Assembly (NCBI GenBank): GCA_050230475.1
Contig: JBFLGF010000156.1
Span: 1-64,000 of the forward strand
Direction of reading: 5' to 3'
DNA length: 64,000 nucleotides
Source of the DNA: Ancylonema sp.
Lineage: Eukaryota
In this document: positions 1-12,899 of the stretch, one piece after another
Numbering within the stretch: the first letter of the stretch is position 1
Layout: each line of letters starts with the position of its first letter
Made by a program: the position numbers and the translations under genes
The notes under the pieces: model-generated
Told to the model about the DNA's origin: nothing
The model's database searches: none
The model's input: the letters and a program-made list of their open reading frames with translations, nothing else

Positions 1-10
1 GAATTGTAAT

Positions 11-2156
11 ATGATGACTGGAAGTGAATCCTCAAGGCTGGACAGCCGGCAAGGTCCACTCACGGATTCTGCAGCGACTGACATGAGATCCGTCGACACT
101 TCCGGCGGGATGATATTGGGCAGTGGTAGTGTGGAAGGGAGTGGGGGTGTACAGACTGGGGGTGGAGGAAAGGGGGGGGGGAGTTTGCTGGCTGCCTTAG
201 ATTCTGGGTTCGGGGGAGGGATGGGCAGGGGTGGGGCCATCTTCACGCCATCAGAAATTGAGAAGGCGACGAATTTCTTCTCAAATGTCAACTTTCTAGG
301 CAGGGGGGGCTTTGGGAAGGTGTATCGGGGCGTGACAAGTGGCGGACAAGAAATTGCTGTGAAGGTTCTGACGGATTTAAGGGATGGCGAGCAGGAGTTC
401 ATGAGAGAGGCGCAGATTATCAGTCAAGTCAGTCACCGCAATCTGGTCACTCTCCACGGGTGCTGTGTGTCAGAGGGAACCCGCATGCTCATCCTGGAGT
501 ATGTTCCAGGGGGGACGCTGATGCGTAACCTGGAGCGTGAGTTTAAGGGGAGCATGGGTCTCTTGCTGACGATTTGAAGCAACAAGGGGAGAGGATGGGC
601 CAAGATGTATTGCCATGATGCTGTTGATATTCTGTCGCCAAGATTTCGCCTCGCTCATCAGCCCCCTGAGACAAGTACTGCCTTCGGTTGGTGGGGCAGG
701 CAATATGGATTGGGGTTCACGTGTGCAAGCTATTTTGGGAGTGGCCAAGGGGTTGGCTTATCTCCATCACGACTGTGAGACTCCAGGACTCACCCGGGGT
801 CAGCTGGGGTCAGACTTGCGGTTAGCATGGTCAATTGTCTGCCTTCTCTATAATGGGTTTGGATGGGGTGTGAAAGTGACAAGTAAGGTGTCTGGTGCAG
901 GCGAACCGAGGATTTTCCACCGCGACATAAAGACCGAAAATATTCTTATAGATGCGTTCAACGTGGCAAAGGTAATTGACTTCAGAGGCATCCATGGGAG
1001 CAAGCAGGAAGTCGATGGTTTGTTAGCCATCATTGGGCAGAGCAGCGAAGAAAGGGGGGGATGTTTGTGTGTACACCCTTCGGAGGGTGTATGATGCAGG
1101 TTATGGTGTATGAGTGTGTAGGTGGCAGATTTTGGATTGGCCAAACTGGCGCCCGAGGCGCATACTCACATGACGACACGTGTGATTGGGACACCTGGGT
1201 AAGGTTTTTACGCTCTGTCTGCTTGATGGGAGTAAGAGCTAGTCTTAACACACCTCTTGCGATAGCAACTTCCCTCAAACCTTTCTGAAGCTCCAAACCT
1301 CACTGCAAACCCCAAGCCCCTATTTTAACCTCAGAAACTATGTCTTGACCTGCGTTCTAGGTATGTGGCTCCCGAGTACTTTCTCAGCGGTCAATTTACG
1401 GCCAAGTCTGATGTGTTTAGCTTCGGCGTGGTGGTGCTGGAGGCCGTCAGCGGACAGAAGTCTAGTGACCGTAATCAGCCCATGGGGTGGGAGACGCTGT
1501 GGAGGAGGGTGAGGAGGATATGTGGCACTCGCACTATGCATATTATGATATAAGTTCACACAGACCTAGCCCGTTTGGCAACCCCTGTGAAACTTGTGGG
1601 AAAATCTAGGGACTGCTCCTGAGCTCGATGAACACTGTGCCTCCCTCCTCAGGCCCGCCAGCTGCTGCAGACGAATCGGATGGAGGAGTTGATAGACAAG
1701 CGGTTGGAGGGGCGGTATGAGGAGGCTAGCTTGCGGCGGCTGATTGAGACCGCCAGCTACTGCATTCGGGAGGCTGCGCATCTCAGGCCCACCATGGCAG
1801 AGGGGGGGGGGGGGTTGGGTGGACTCCATGCCGATAGATGTACGTGGTGGCCAGAAGCAGCACAATTTTGCTGATGGTGGCCTGTGAGACACAGGTGTGA
1901 CAGAAAGCAGAAGCAGGGATAGGGTGATGGGAGCCATGTCTTCCTTCAGGAAACTGAAAAAGTGGTGTACGGACCTCAGGCGGTGCAAATGCTTGAAGGC
2001 CATGAGTCTGATGCGTTGAGGAGTTTGAGGAAGACGGAGCCGGGCAGTTCTGGGAGGAAGTCTGCGGGGTCTGGGGGGATTATCAGCGAGGAAGTAATGA
2101 GTTCAGAACTGCAGAGTCATCAGTGGCGGGTCATAAATAGGGTAGGTGGCAGCTGA
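11..2156 (+). CDS. RLK/Pelle-family Ser/Thr protein kinase (multi-exon, probably 5'-partial)
   Basis: Approximate exons 11-536, 700-775, 901-971, 1122-1198, 1361-1508, 1653-1802 and 1980-2156 give the kinase motifs [61 protein letters not shown] and RPTM. The frame is open to the window edge. The exon 6 donor is obscured by a poly-G run. Confidence 0.92.
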
Positions 2157-5100
2157 AGGAGGGGTTCTGGAGGGTTGATGCTCGATTCGTTTTTATACGA
2201 CAATTGCATTGGGCATTAATGAAAAAAAAATTAGGGCAATAGGATGGTGGATGTGGATGTTGAGGTTGGGAAGACTGGACACTTTGGTGCAACTGAGAAT
2301 GTGAATATTTTTACACCACAATGCGCTTACCACTTACCCCCATCTCCCCACCCCCCAGCACGAGAATTAAACCTATCCGAGGCACAAACTGGAGACCTTC
2401 CTAGACGGGTTGTTCAAAAATATGGAGATGCTCAGTAGCGGACGCTGATGGAAGGATGGAGGTGGGTCGCCAAATAACTTGTGGGCTGCATCGATTTCGA
2501 GCGTATGAAAACTTTCACGATGAGGAACATTGATTGTGGGCGGGTTTGCAAGTGTATACCAATAGATGTTATAATGTTGCCCCTTGTTTGTGAGGCCTGT
2601 GGTGCATAGCTGGGAGAAGGATGTTCCCCATGACATGCAACAAGCTCAGTGTGATCTTAGATGAAGAAGAAGAGGAATCTCTTGACAATCTTTTGACTGT
2701 GGCTTCTAGGATGACTAAAAGCTTTTATCCAAAACAATAATGATTAAAAGCTGAATGCAAACCTTACGAATAGTTTTGTTGTCACCTACTATTGACTCAC
2801 ACGTCAATCTATTCCTTATATCCTGGTATGGAAAGTGCTGACAAATGGTCTCCCATAAATTTTGAAGGGTAGTGGAATTTAAGTGGCATGGGAAGTATCA
2901 GCTCTCCTGAAATGTCCCAGATTTGCGGCTAGACTATTACAAAGATTCTCTTTGTACCAAACTCTCTAATTTCAGATTCAAAGCAGTCTGACTTTGCGTG
3001 GTGTATGCTTGCCGTGTGTGCGCGTGTATGCGAGTGTAGTATTAGCAGTAGTTTGACGACTAGTGCATATGTGTGTGAGTGTCAGTGCGAGTCTAGTCCC
3101 CCATTTTTACATAGCTGAGGGAGATGTGGTGCACCCCCCCCCTCGCTTTCAGCCCCGACTACTCACGGGTTGAGTCAGGATGTTATTGGCCTTCTGTAGC
3201 GATCAGTGCCTGAACCATCTATTTGGGTGACGTGAGAAGAGGTGTTTTGTTGGAAGAGATGTTGGAAGGAGCGGCTGCCACCACGAAGAACTTGGTGGTA
3301 ATGGAGTCGCAAGAAGGCCGGGTGGACTTGTTCCCCCCATTTTGTTTTGAAGGGTAAAGTTGTTGGTGTGAGTGACCAGGTTTGGTAGGGATTAGTGTTT
3401 AGATGGGGTGAAGGAGGAAGGCATATGGGAAGGCCTGTTTGCAAAATTCGCAGCTTTTGGGAAGGCGGTCCAGTATAGCCGACTCTATGCGCTCGGCGCC
3501 TAACCACGTCGCACCTAGACAGTAGTAGTTGGAGAGAAGTGGATTGATGCTCCTGATGATCAGTGGCATTCATGCCTGCTGCAATTAGTTTCGGCGCTTT
3601 TGCTAACCTGTGTTGGATCATCGGGATATAAGCACTCGTGGTCAGCGTCCTCTCCTATAATTGGTATCTAGAGGAGAAGAAAGGAGTGAAGTTTGAGCAG
3701 GTTAGCCAGACGCGGTGGGCTAATGAGCCAAGGTCTGCATCGATGGGTATTGGAGCTCTCAAGATATGTGATCTGTGATATGCTGATTGGTGATGCTGGG
3801 CTCTAAACTCGAAGGAAGCAGTCCGTGTGGACAGCTGCTTTTTTAAAAAAAAGAATGGGAATACAGCATCCGAGACCTGAAAATCGCCTAAGGTTGAACT
3901 GTTCGAAACTTGAATGTTTACTTGTTGTATGAAAATCGGTACTTCTCAAAAGGATTATATCATTCACATAGGTTGGGAAAGGCAGCCGAACTGCCTCTGC
4001 CTCTGCAGCGTCTCCAATCTAATTTGTCGTTAAAGACACTTGATACTTGTTTTCAGCCAAGTATTCTGTGACTGATTGTACTCAGATCGTTGCACTATGA
4101 TACATGCCTGCCAAGCAATACTTCTTCTTGTCCAGCTGTCTAGTTGCATGCCTTAGACCGTTTCATACATACAACAAAACAATAATATAACAATACAATG
4201 CAACGATAAGACAATGCAGGCACTTGTCACAAACATGTCTCTACAACATCAATGTCGCAAGATTGTATTGACAATCTTAAGTAATTATTTAGCACGACCT
4301 ATGTGGATCTATAATTGGTTGATGGCATGCTGCTGGAAGTTTGTCTCCGTGATCATCATTGTTGATGGTTGATTATTGCGTTTTTTAACACCTTCATTTG
4401 ACAACCGAAACTTGAATACTCGTTCGATAATCCGGGCACGTGGCAAGTTCAAATGATGCCGCGCCATAACCCACGCATGTTCCAATCATGGTTCATGGAC
4501 ATATATAATGGCACCCGCGTCATTATATCGTTTAGGCACATTGGCCCATCTCCCCCATTGTATCACTATATAGGCAACCAATCGTATATTGTCCGACATC
4601 AGGGTGTACATGTAACGAGCATTTATCACTCATCTTTATCAATTTTATTAGGTTAGATAAGTCTTTCATATATGCCCTCCTAGCTTTCCCCTTCCCCACC
4701 TAGAGAATACCTTGGAAAGCCTTCGATTTTGAAAGTCGCAGTGGGTTACTAACGATGAGTTGTTTTTAATGAGCATGTATGAAGGGGAATTTATTTCTTG
4801 TTGAAAAACGACGGGAAACCCATCTCATTTCAAGAACGTGCAAATACAAAAACTGCATATCATAAAATTGTGTATAACCGTCACGACTTTGATTTTAACA
4901 AATCATTGCCTTTCACTCTAGCATGTACAATTTCCACATTTGAAAAAGCCATACATCAACTTACTTTTTAAATGATGGAGAATGCAAGGAGCGCAGGGTG
5001 GGGTTGGCATGCCTTCTCTCTTCATTGAATACGCCATCAGCCCGAAGTTCCCTTCCTTTGCAGACATATCTGAGGCCATCAGTGAGCTCAGCGCTACCAA

Positions 5101-5394
5101 CTTCTGCAAAATCTATTGTTGAGTACGTAATGCTAGATGTGACACGTATTTGTCCAGTTCAGTCACCGGGACCTTATATAGACATTAGATAGAGAAATAT
5201 ACCAATGTGCCGAACTTGAACTACAATTGCCTGGTACTGTCTCCCTACTGGTCGACAGCCTAGTGATCTTATAAGCTCAGTATACGAACACTTTATCGAC
5301 ACGTAGCTTTGCTAGCTGAGTACTAATTCTCTACCATCGACAACTTAGATCCGTTCCCGCTACCTGATTCAAACTAGTTCAGCAGTTTACTTAG

Positions 5395-5874
5395 GAGTAT
5401 GTTTTATCGGCGAGCACTTTGAGTATCACTTCGATTGCGCCTCATTTGTGACACTGAAACAGTATCACTTCAAGTTTTACGCGGTATCACATCGTGGCGT
5501 TTTAGATTTTGCGAAGTGATACTCTCAGAGCGCTGTATCACAACTCTGATTTGGGTATCACAAAGTGACACTCGTTTCACAATTGTGACACTCGTTGCTG
5601 TCGTCGTGGAGCCTTCAGCTTCATTTTTTCGACGCGTGTAGACGTCGCTGCAATTTTCGAAGGGAGTATGACGTGACGTGTCTTTTTCGAAAAAAAACGA
5701 TCCATTGGAGTGATACTACTCAAAAAACTTGCTGTGATACGGAATACGTGTGGGTATCACTATTATTCTATACGCCTTATATCGCCTCGAAGTGATACGC
5801 TGAATTCCGCGGGGTTAACCTGCGGGTATCGCGTCAAAGTGATACTCAAAGTGCTCGCCGATAAAAACATACTC
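5395..5874. mobile_element. MITE / non-autonomous TIR DNA transposon (possibly PIF/Harbinger-like)
   Basis: About 37-bp terminal inverted repeats GAGTATGTTTT(T)ATCGGCGAGCACTTTGAGTATCACTT at 5395-5431 and 5837-5874. TTA lies at 5391-5393 and 5875-5877. Many internal GTATCAC/GTGATAC motifs. No recognisable transposase ORF. Confidence 0.85.
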
Positions 5875-6065
5875 TTACTACCTATAAACTTGCACATGAT
5901 AATCAATTATTCTCCATGAACAATTCTCGTGTCTATGTCTTTGCTGTAATCGACACATCGAATAGCCCTCTGCTCATTCCGCAAAATGAGTATGAACATC
6001 TATGTCCTTCCACCAGTCCCTGCGGCCTCTGGGTCACCTATTTGGGTGATAAAGCATTTTTATTG

Positions 6066-6135
6066 GGGCAATTCTAGGGCAATTCTAGGGCAATTCTAGG
6101 GCAATTCTAGCGCAATTTTAGGGCAATTTTAGGGC
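6066..6135. repeat. 11-bp tandem minisatellite (GGGCAATTYTA) x~6
   Basis: Read directly: four GGGCAATTCTA units, then GCGCAATTTTA, GGGCAATTTTA and GGGC. Confidence 0.9.
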
Positions 6136-6961
6136 CTAAAAATTAATAATTATATGCCCTTGACCAGCGTCAAGGGCATGCCGCCGGGATTAGCGGCATC
6201 GGGATATACGACACTTGATTTGATGTCGTGCAACCGAAACTGAATTTCGTCGTGTTCCGATATCTGACTCAGAACCGACCTAACTGTCGTCTGCTCTTAA
6301 GCGAGAGATATATTTTGGAGCTTTCTCCCGCAGCGATTGATGCACAACGTCGGTATTACACTAACAAATACCCTCAGAAGCCTCCATTCATTCCGTATCA
6401 TGCTCGCTGCCTTCCGCCCCTCCATACTTTTGGGACATAGCAGCATTTTGCTTATACCAAGTGTGAGAGCATCGTACGGCCTATATCCGAGTCCTTCCTG
6501 CTGGCCTAGCTGCGCATAACAATCATCAAGTCATTGCGTATATACTTTATCGCACCGTTCGTCGGAAAATTTGGCATGCTTCGCAGACTTGTAGGCAACC
6601 CCCTGGGGGACGTTGCTGACCTGAAGTGTGTGCTATTTCCTTAGACAGGCGAGGCCCCTGTACCCAGTTGAGTGTCACCTTACGCTGTTGTATCGAAACT
6701 GTGGATAAATGCCGGTCTGAGAAGTTTTAGCTGGTGGGTCGAAATCGCGAATACGACCGTGCTTGAAGCTCTGGTCGTTGTTCCGTCGATCGTCCCACCT
6801 TTATGAACTTACTTTGGTTGCATCCCGTCGTTGCTCGCACCTCTGTAAAATTCTTCGTGTGACTCTGTTAATGCAGCCACAGTTTTCTGAGCATTTGTAT
6901 CTGTATTTACACTACAAACAGAACCGGGCCTGCCGCCCACATCCCTAAAATACGCACAAGT

Positions 6962-8398
6962 ATGCCGATGCGGAACATCAAAACAATACCCGAGGAGGTT
7001 GTCATCGAGGAACCCGCTGTCCAGAAGCGAATTGTGGCGGTGATAGCGGCTCTGGGAGTCATTGCGACAGGCCTTGGTGTGGCTGCAGAGATCACCCGAA
7101 CAAAGGTCAGATGTTGCCCCACACCGCTTCGTCCCGTCAGGTCATTTATCAGCAACTATCAGCAACTGACGATTATCAACCATACTACTCTTGTATTCTA
7201 CCAACACTTTGTGCACCCAAGCTAAGATGGTCAGGTACCAGATTGCCACTATAGTTTGCGACCAGTTTGGTGAGGCGGCTCGGAGGACATTCTGTGCACA
7301 GGACCTGGTTGACAACATCAAATCGGCATTGAGTGCCTGCATCACTAGCTGACAAAAACCATGCTAAGCTAGCCCAATCTCGAAACCTTATTCCCTAAAA
7401 CCTTCAGCACCTATCAAGCAACTCTGTGGGGCTATTTCTCTATTGCCCTTCCTTTATCTGAAAGGGATGCGATGCAGCATGCAGGCAGGAAAAACGTTGA
7501 GGGCAAAATATTGTCCTGCCCAATTTGACCTTCGATGCATTTGATTATAAATTACATTGTCATCCAGCCACTGTAATGACTGACACTCGTTCCAGCACCT
7601 AAGCTGTCCCCCCTCTTAAACGATCGTTGTCGCAGAACTACACTTACGTGATGGATTACGAGCAGCGTTTCCACTGCAGCTATCCAGGCAGCCCTGCCTC
7701 CTATTTGGCTGCTGTCACGATTGTACTTCTTACTGCCGGCCAAGGCATTGCCACATACAACGGCGGAGTACAGTACTTGTACACTGGCCCAAGATATTAT
7801 CTGACGCGGACACTACTCATGGCCCTCACCTCCTTTCTCGCGTACTGGTGAGCCCTCACCAAGAGTAGATATATTCATCGAACCTGGTTGCAACACAGGT
7901 GCTAGATTACTCATCTATATTCCGCACAAGCTACATAGCCTCTCTTCCTCTTCGCAGTTCATAGTCACAGCCCCGTTTTGCTGAAGGATGGTCCACACCC
8001 AGTAAAGAATAGAACAGCCTCTTCCTCGCCTCTGCCCTCACTTGCCTCGTCTACCAATCTCAACAACTTCAGGTTCAAAAATTGTGAACCTCACATTCTC
8101 TCCCTTGTTTCACAGGATATGTTTCTTCGTCGCCTTCTCTACCCTCACATCTGGAGCCATTCAGAATCAGGTGCATATAGCAGAGACGAGTGGAGGATTT
8201 ACCACCCTCGAGTGTTCCTTGGTGTCGATGGGCACATTCCTGTCGGGAGCTATTTTCACATTTTTCACTGCAGGACTGCAAGTGGCTTACTATTGTGTAG
8301 CAATCAAGGCACGGTGGGATCTGTGGAGAACTTCTGGCGGGTATGGTGGCACACCAACAGCAGAGAGCGAACTGACTAGTGGACGCGAGGGACACTAG
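6962..8398 (+). CDS. DUF1218-family (MWL/VCC-like) four-TM membrane protein, 3 exons
   Basis: Exons 6962-7105, 7636-7847 and 8116-8398 splice in frame at GT-AG sites. Motifs LGVAAE..R.K, CSYPGSPA, W|ICFFVA, GA.QN, C..VSMGTFLSGAIF and AYY match the DUF1218 pattern. Confidence 0.8.
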
Positions 8399-9204
8399 GA
8401 CTAAGACGGCACTCGAGAGTTTTGATGCTGTCCACTAGGAGGTCGAGCCATGCAGTCCGGGATGTCGGTTCTTTAGGTTGCTTTAGCATGTGAGGATCTT
8501 CTGGGTCTGTAGTGATTGGCCACTGATATGTTTTTTTATCATATTTTAGAGGATTAGTGAGGATGAGGGCTTATTCTTCACCCCTAATGGGCCACGTCAC
8601 AATGTAGCCACGATTACATTTAAATTATACATAAAAAAAGTCCTTCGGTATGTGACTGTTATGTTGTAAACCATGATTGTGTTTGATCATGGTGGTATTC
8701 TGGCAATAGATCATCTGTCAGTTGCATTTCGATTCTTATGTGGACACTGCCATAGTATTACATGAAGTAGTTTGGCAAACGAGGAAGTAGAGAAACCCTT
8801 CCTACCTGTCGAGTAGAAGATGAAATACATATGCTCTTAACTAAGCAACACATAAATCAGTTGCCTGTTGCCTGTTGCATGTATTTCAGGCAAGCCTACA
8901 CAGGGAATCACTTCCAATAACACAAAGTTTCTGGTAAAGTTGGCTACAACCAGAACTTCAATTCAGAGCGAAACTGTGTACAAAAATATGTCAAGGTACA
9001 TGACCGATCTACTCGAAGTCGTCGTCAAGTCAATCGACATCAACTTGGGGACACGCAATGGACCTTAGCTGGCATAGGAGTAGGGTTGCATGTAAGGCTC
9101 TGTAGCTGAATTATCTCTGTACATTGAAAAATAGTTATCAGGCTGGCTTTGAAATGACTTGACACAGACTGTACAGATTCAAGACCACCTAAACCAAAAT
9201 TATA

Positions 9205-9630
9205 TCAAGACTCGGCAGGGCTAACAAGAACACCCTGCGAAGTAAGGGTTGGTGCCTTCTTCTCCTGCTCCTCTGCCACGTCCGCTTGCCTTCGAACCTT
9301 TATATTATATGTTTTTTCTAGATCTGCTAATTCCTTCCTCTTTGCAGCAAGATTCTCAGCCAAACGCTCGATCACCTCTCCAAGCCCCTCTTTGTTTCGT
9401 TCGACAGCCGGAAGCACCTCGGCTACTGTTCGTTCCACAAGAACGCCACCAATCGCCCGATAGCATCGCCTTGACGGATCCATGGGTTCCAGTGCTGTTA
9501 TGACAAGCCTGTGCTCACTCAATTCCATATCTAGCTCGGTCACCTTGGAGTACATCTGCTGGATTTCTGACCGGAGCAAAGTCCATTTGGTTGCTATCGC
9601 TTGCTCATTCGGGCCTGCTGCAGTGGCCAT
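9205..9630 (-). CDS. PFD2: Prefoldin subunit 2 (intronless), copy 1
   Basis: 141 aa containing ELSEHRLVITALEPMDPSRRCYRAIGGVLVERTVAEVLPAVERNKEG and a C-terminal SQGVLV. Confidence 0.95.
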   Translation of the reverse strand: MATAAGPNEQAIATKWTLLRSEIQQMYSKVTELDMELSEHRLVITALEPMDPSRRCYRAIGGVLVERTVAEVLPAVERNKEGLGEVIERLAENLAAKRKELADLEKTYNIKVRRQADVAEEQEKKAPTLTSQGVLVSPAES

Positions 9631-10825
9631 TTTAAACGTTTACGAGCTCCACGAAATTATCCTATTTCTGATACACTACATTTGCGTCACTTTCCGTGTG
9701 CCATATAGAGAAGCTTACTCTTTTCAATGACTCTAATAATTTTGGCGTTCCATGCACATTAGGTTGTTTCGACACATGTGTCTGTACGAAATGATGAGGC
9801 ATACGCGTGCAGGTTTCCTGCCACCACGAAGGTGGACAGAGCCCCACGTACCACTCCACTCCCAGAGAGCGTATACCTGAGCCCGAAACCAGGAGTGTCT
9901 GACACGTTCCGTAGTAACGACTTGAGGTCACAAATTGGACAACGGCCAAGATGACATTTGGGACTGGGACATTTGAGACTTCGAATCACGATTAAATTGT
10001 ACGGGCTTAACGTAGTTAAATTCCCCGGGCGGGGAATCGTTCAACCCCGCCGGCAGGCCCGTTATGTTTTGCAAAACATATTACGCGATAATTTAAATCG
10101 GGACATCGCCACTGCGGTTCAACTGTTGCACACTGCTCGTTCCTGTTTCGCCGCGAGGAGTGTCGGAGCTATCAGCTGCAGTATTCTTCTGCACACCCGC
10201 GCCTCTTTTGACGAAGACTGATGAGCGTTCCTTTCCAGCACTCGATCGCTAGTATGTGTGCACTTTTTCTCGCTGGGAGTCTTCGCGGTAGGTACCGAAT
10301 GTACACGCGCAGCTGACTGCTCCTTTCCTAAAGAACTGTAAGAAAGTAACCTCGGCGCCTAATCTCTTGTCCCCCCTCTCAGTTATGTAGTGCTGCGGGA
10401 GGAACTGTCGCGCCTCACTTTTGGCCTTTCTTTAATGCAGCACTTGGTAGAAATCAGTAACATACCGTATTTGTCACGAGAAGAAAAGTGTCGGTACTTC
10501 CACCGCCCCTCGCAGGTCTCGATTCTGCCGGTCTTTTCAGCTTGATTGGCCGTCAACCCTGAGGATAACCAGTAAAACTTGAGTCAGAGACAAAGACGTG
10601 AAGTTTTCTCTCCAAACGTTTTCTCTGCATCTTTGAAGTCCTTGCCTGGCTTTCATTGTCATATGGCTTGCAAGATCCCATGACGAGAAATTTTGGCTGG
10701 AGCCAAAGGTCCAGGTTCATCCTTGCTCGTCTCCACTTTTGGCTGGCGCCCACAATGGTCGCGCAGCGGTCGTCATACCTTCTAACCAATACGGGAAACT
10801 GTTCGCTATGCAAATGTTTCCTTAN

Positions 10826-11153
10826 AATTATATGTTTTTTCTAGATCTGCTAATTCCTTCCTCTTTGCAGCAAGATTCTCAGCCAAACGCTCGATCACCT
10901 CTCCAAGCCCCTCTTTGTTTCGTTCAACAGCCGGAAGCACTTCGGCTACTGTTCGTTCCACAAGAACGCCACCAATCGCCCGATAGCATCGCCTTGACGG
11001 ATCCATGGGTTCCAGAGCTGTTATGACAAGCCTGTGCTCGCTCAATTCCATATCTAGCTCGGTAACCTTGGTGTACATCTGCTGGATTTCTGACCGAAGC
11101 AAATTCCATTTCGCTGCTACCGCTTGCTCATTTGGGCCTGTTGCAGTGGCCAT
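10826..11153 (-). CDS. PFD2: Prefoldin subunit 2, copy 2 (3' end cut at an N, probably an assembly gap)
   Basis: Near-identical to copy 1 at offset 1523, with a few N-terminal substitutions. Homology stops at the single n at 10825. Confidence 0.85.
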
Positions 11154-12899
11154 TTTAAACGTTTACGAGCTCCACTGAATTCTCCTACTACTGAAACACT
11201 ACATTTGCGTCACTTTCCGTGTGACGTGAACAAAAGCTCAATATTTTGAAAGACTCAAAATAATTTCGGCGTTCCATGCACATTAGCTAATTTCAAAGTA
11301 CCTGTCTGTCCGCAATGAACGAAGTAGACGCATGCAGGATTCCCTGCCACCACGAAGTTTGATAAAGCACCACGTACTACTCCACTCCCAGAGAGAGTAT
11401 ACCTGAACCCGAAACCAGGAGTGTCTGACACGTTCCGTAGTAACGAATTGAGGCCACAAATTGGACAACGGCCAAGATGACACACTTCTCCAAGATGACA
11501 TTTGAGGCTGGCGTCATTTGACCTCGAAGTACAGTAAATACTCTTTACAAGCACATTTGCCAGAGGCCCTGAGGCAGATGTGCCTGTAACGAGGGAGCCT
11601 CAAATTTAGACCCCGGAGCTCATGAACTACGTCTGCCATGTCGTTGAATTAAAATCACCACATGAAATGTTGCCTTATGTGATAATTGGAGCGTGAATAC
11701 AATGGCATCATACTTACTCGCATGTAATTTGTGATATGCGATGGTTGTCCAAGGCAATGGTCGTTTACTTCGTCCATCCATTTCAAGGCATATGAGGCTC
11801 ATATAAAGGAAAAAGAAGATAACTACATATTTACGGGGACCGAGAAGCCAGGAACGGGTCTAGATGAGAGTTTGTGACTCTTAGCAAGAAACACAATGAA
11901 AGAGTGTAGCCAAAATTCTTTCCAGATATTCATAAGATATCAGCCATTCGAATAATATCGCTTTGCTCTAGCAAGCCCAAAGGCAAAATAGGAAATCGTG
12001 GGTAAAGCATAGCGAAGCAATACTCGCACATTCTCACATTGCTTTTTATATACTTGTTTGTACTACTATGTATACAATATTATGTCATTGTTGGCACACA
12101 TGATAAGACCAAGCTCTACTGATTCACATTGTTTGACAGGGCGAACCCGGGCTCGGTGACATGCAATAAAGATCATCTTAGCTAACCCTCAGTTGAGATG
12201 GCAATATAACACCCCCCTTTGTATCAGCAGAGTGCTTCAACACTAGTTGTAGGCATCGTGCCACTTTGTGATTGAGGGCAACATCTTCCCCCTCCCTATC
12301 GATGTTGGATCTCCTCACTAACCCCTTGACCGAAAAGGGGGAGGGTATACTTCATGAAGGGGGTTAGGTATCATAGGTGACATTTCAGAAATTGGTGTTG
12401 GTGGTGTAGGTGCGGGAGGGGGGCAAATGGCGTAACGGGTGCAGATCGGTAGGATATGGGTTGGAAGTACCTTGACTAAAAGCATGAGGAGTTTGTTATC
12501 CATGATGATTTATGCAGGGCAATGACTAAGTCTTCATTAGGAGATAGCATAACCATGTTAAATCATTGAATCATAGAATCATGTCCTAAAAACTATGGCA
12601 TAAATTAGATGGTGATAAAGTCGTGCATTGAGTCTCTGTTAGCATCAACATTGGCGTCCGTGAATGTAATGTGCATTGGCAACCACATAGAAGTGCACAT
12701 GCTTGTCCGAATTAATGTGGATGAAAGTAATATGCCCATGCGCATTGGACTGAAATAGTAGTATGGCCGCCCACCATATTGCCAAATGACTTTGATGTGC
12801 TCTTGTGTGGAATTGCGTATTTTGTGAGCCCGTGAGGGCGCTCAATAGCTCGGTAGTGTCCCCAAGAAGTTACAACATTGTGAAGGCTAAAGATAGACG

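Noticed and set aside
2373..3900. Minus-strand ORFs (3175-3621) and a PPT-like GAGGGAGA-TGT suggesting a retroelement remnant
   Set aside because: No recognisable RT, endonuclease or gag motif and no paired LTR. It needs a homology search.
9958..10824. Possible divergent gene or 5' UTR between the prefoldin copies
   Set aside because: Splice-like signals are present but no recognisable protein, and the region ends at the N.
12280..12503. Minus-strand purine tract plus TGT and a Pro-rich ORF resembling an LTR element end
   Set aside because: No second LTR or coding motif found.
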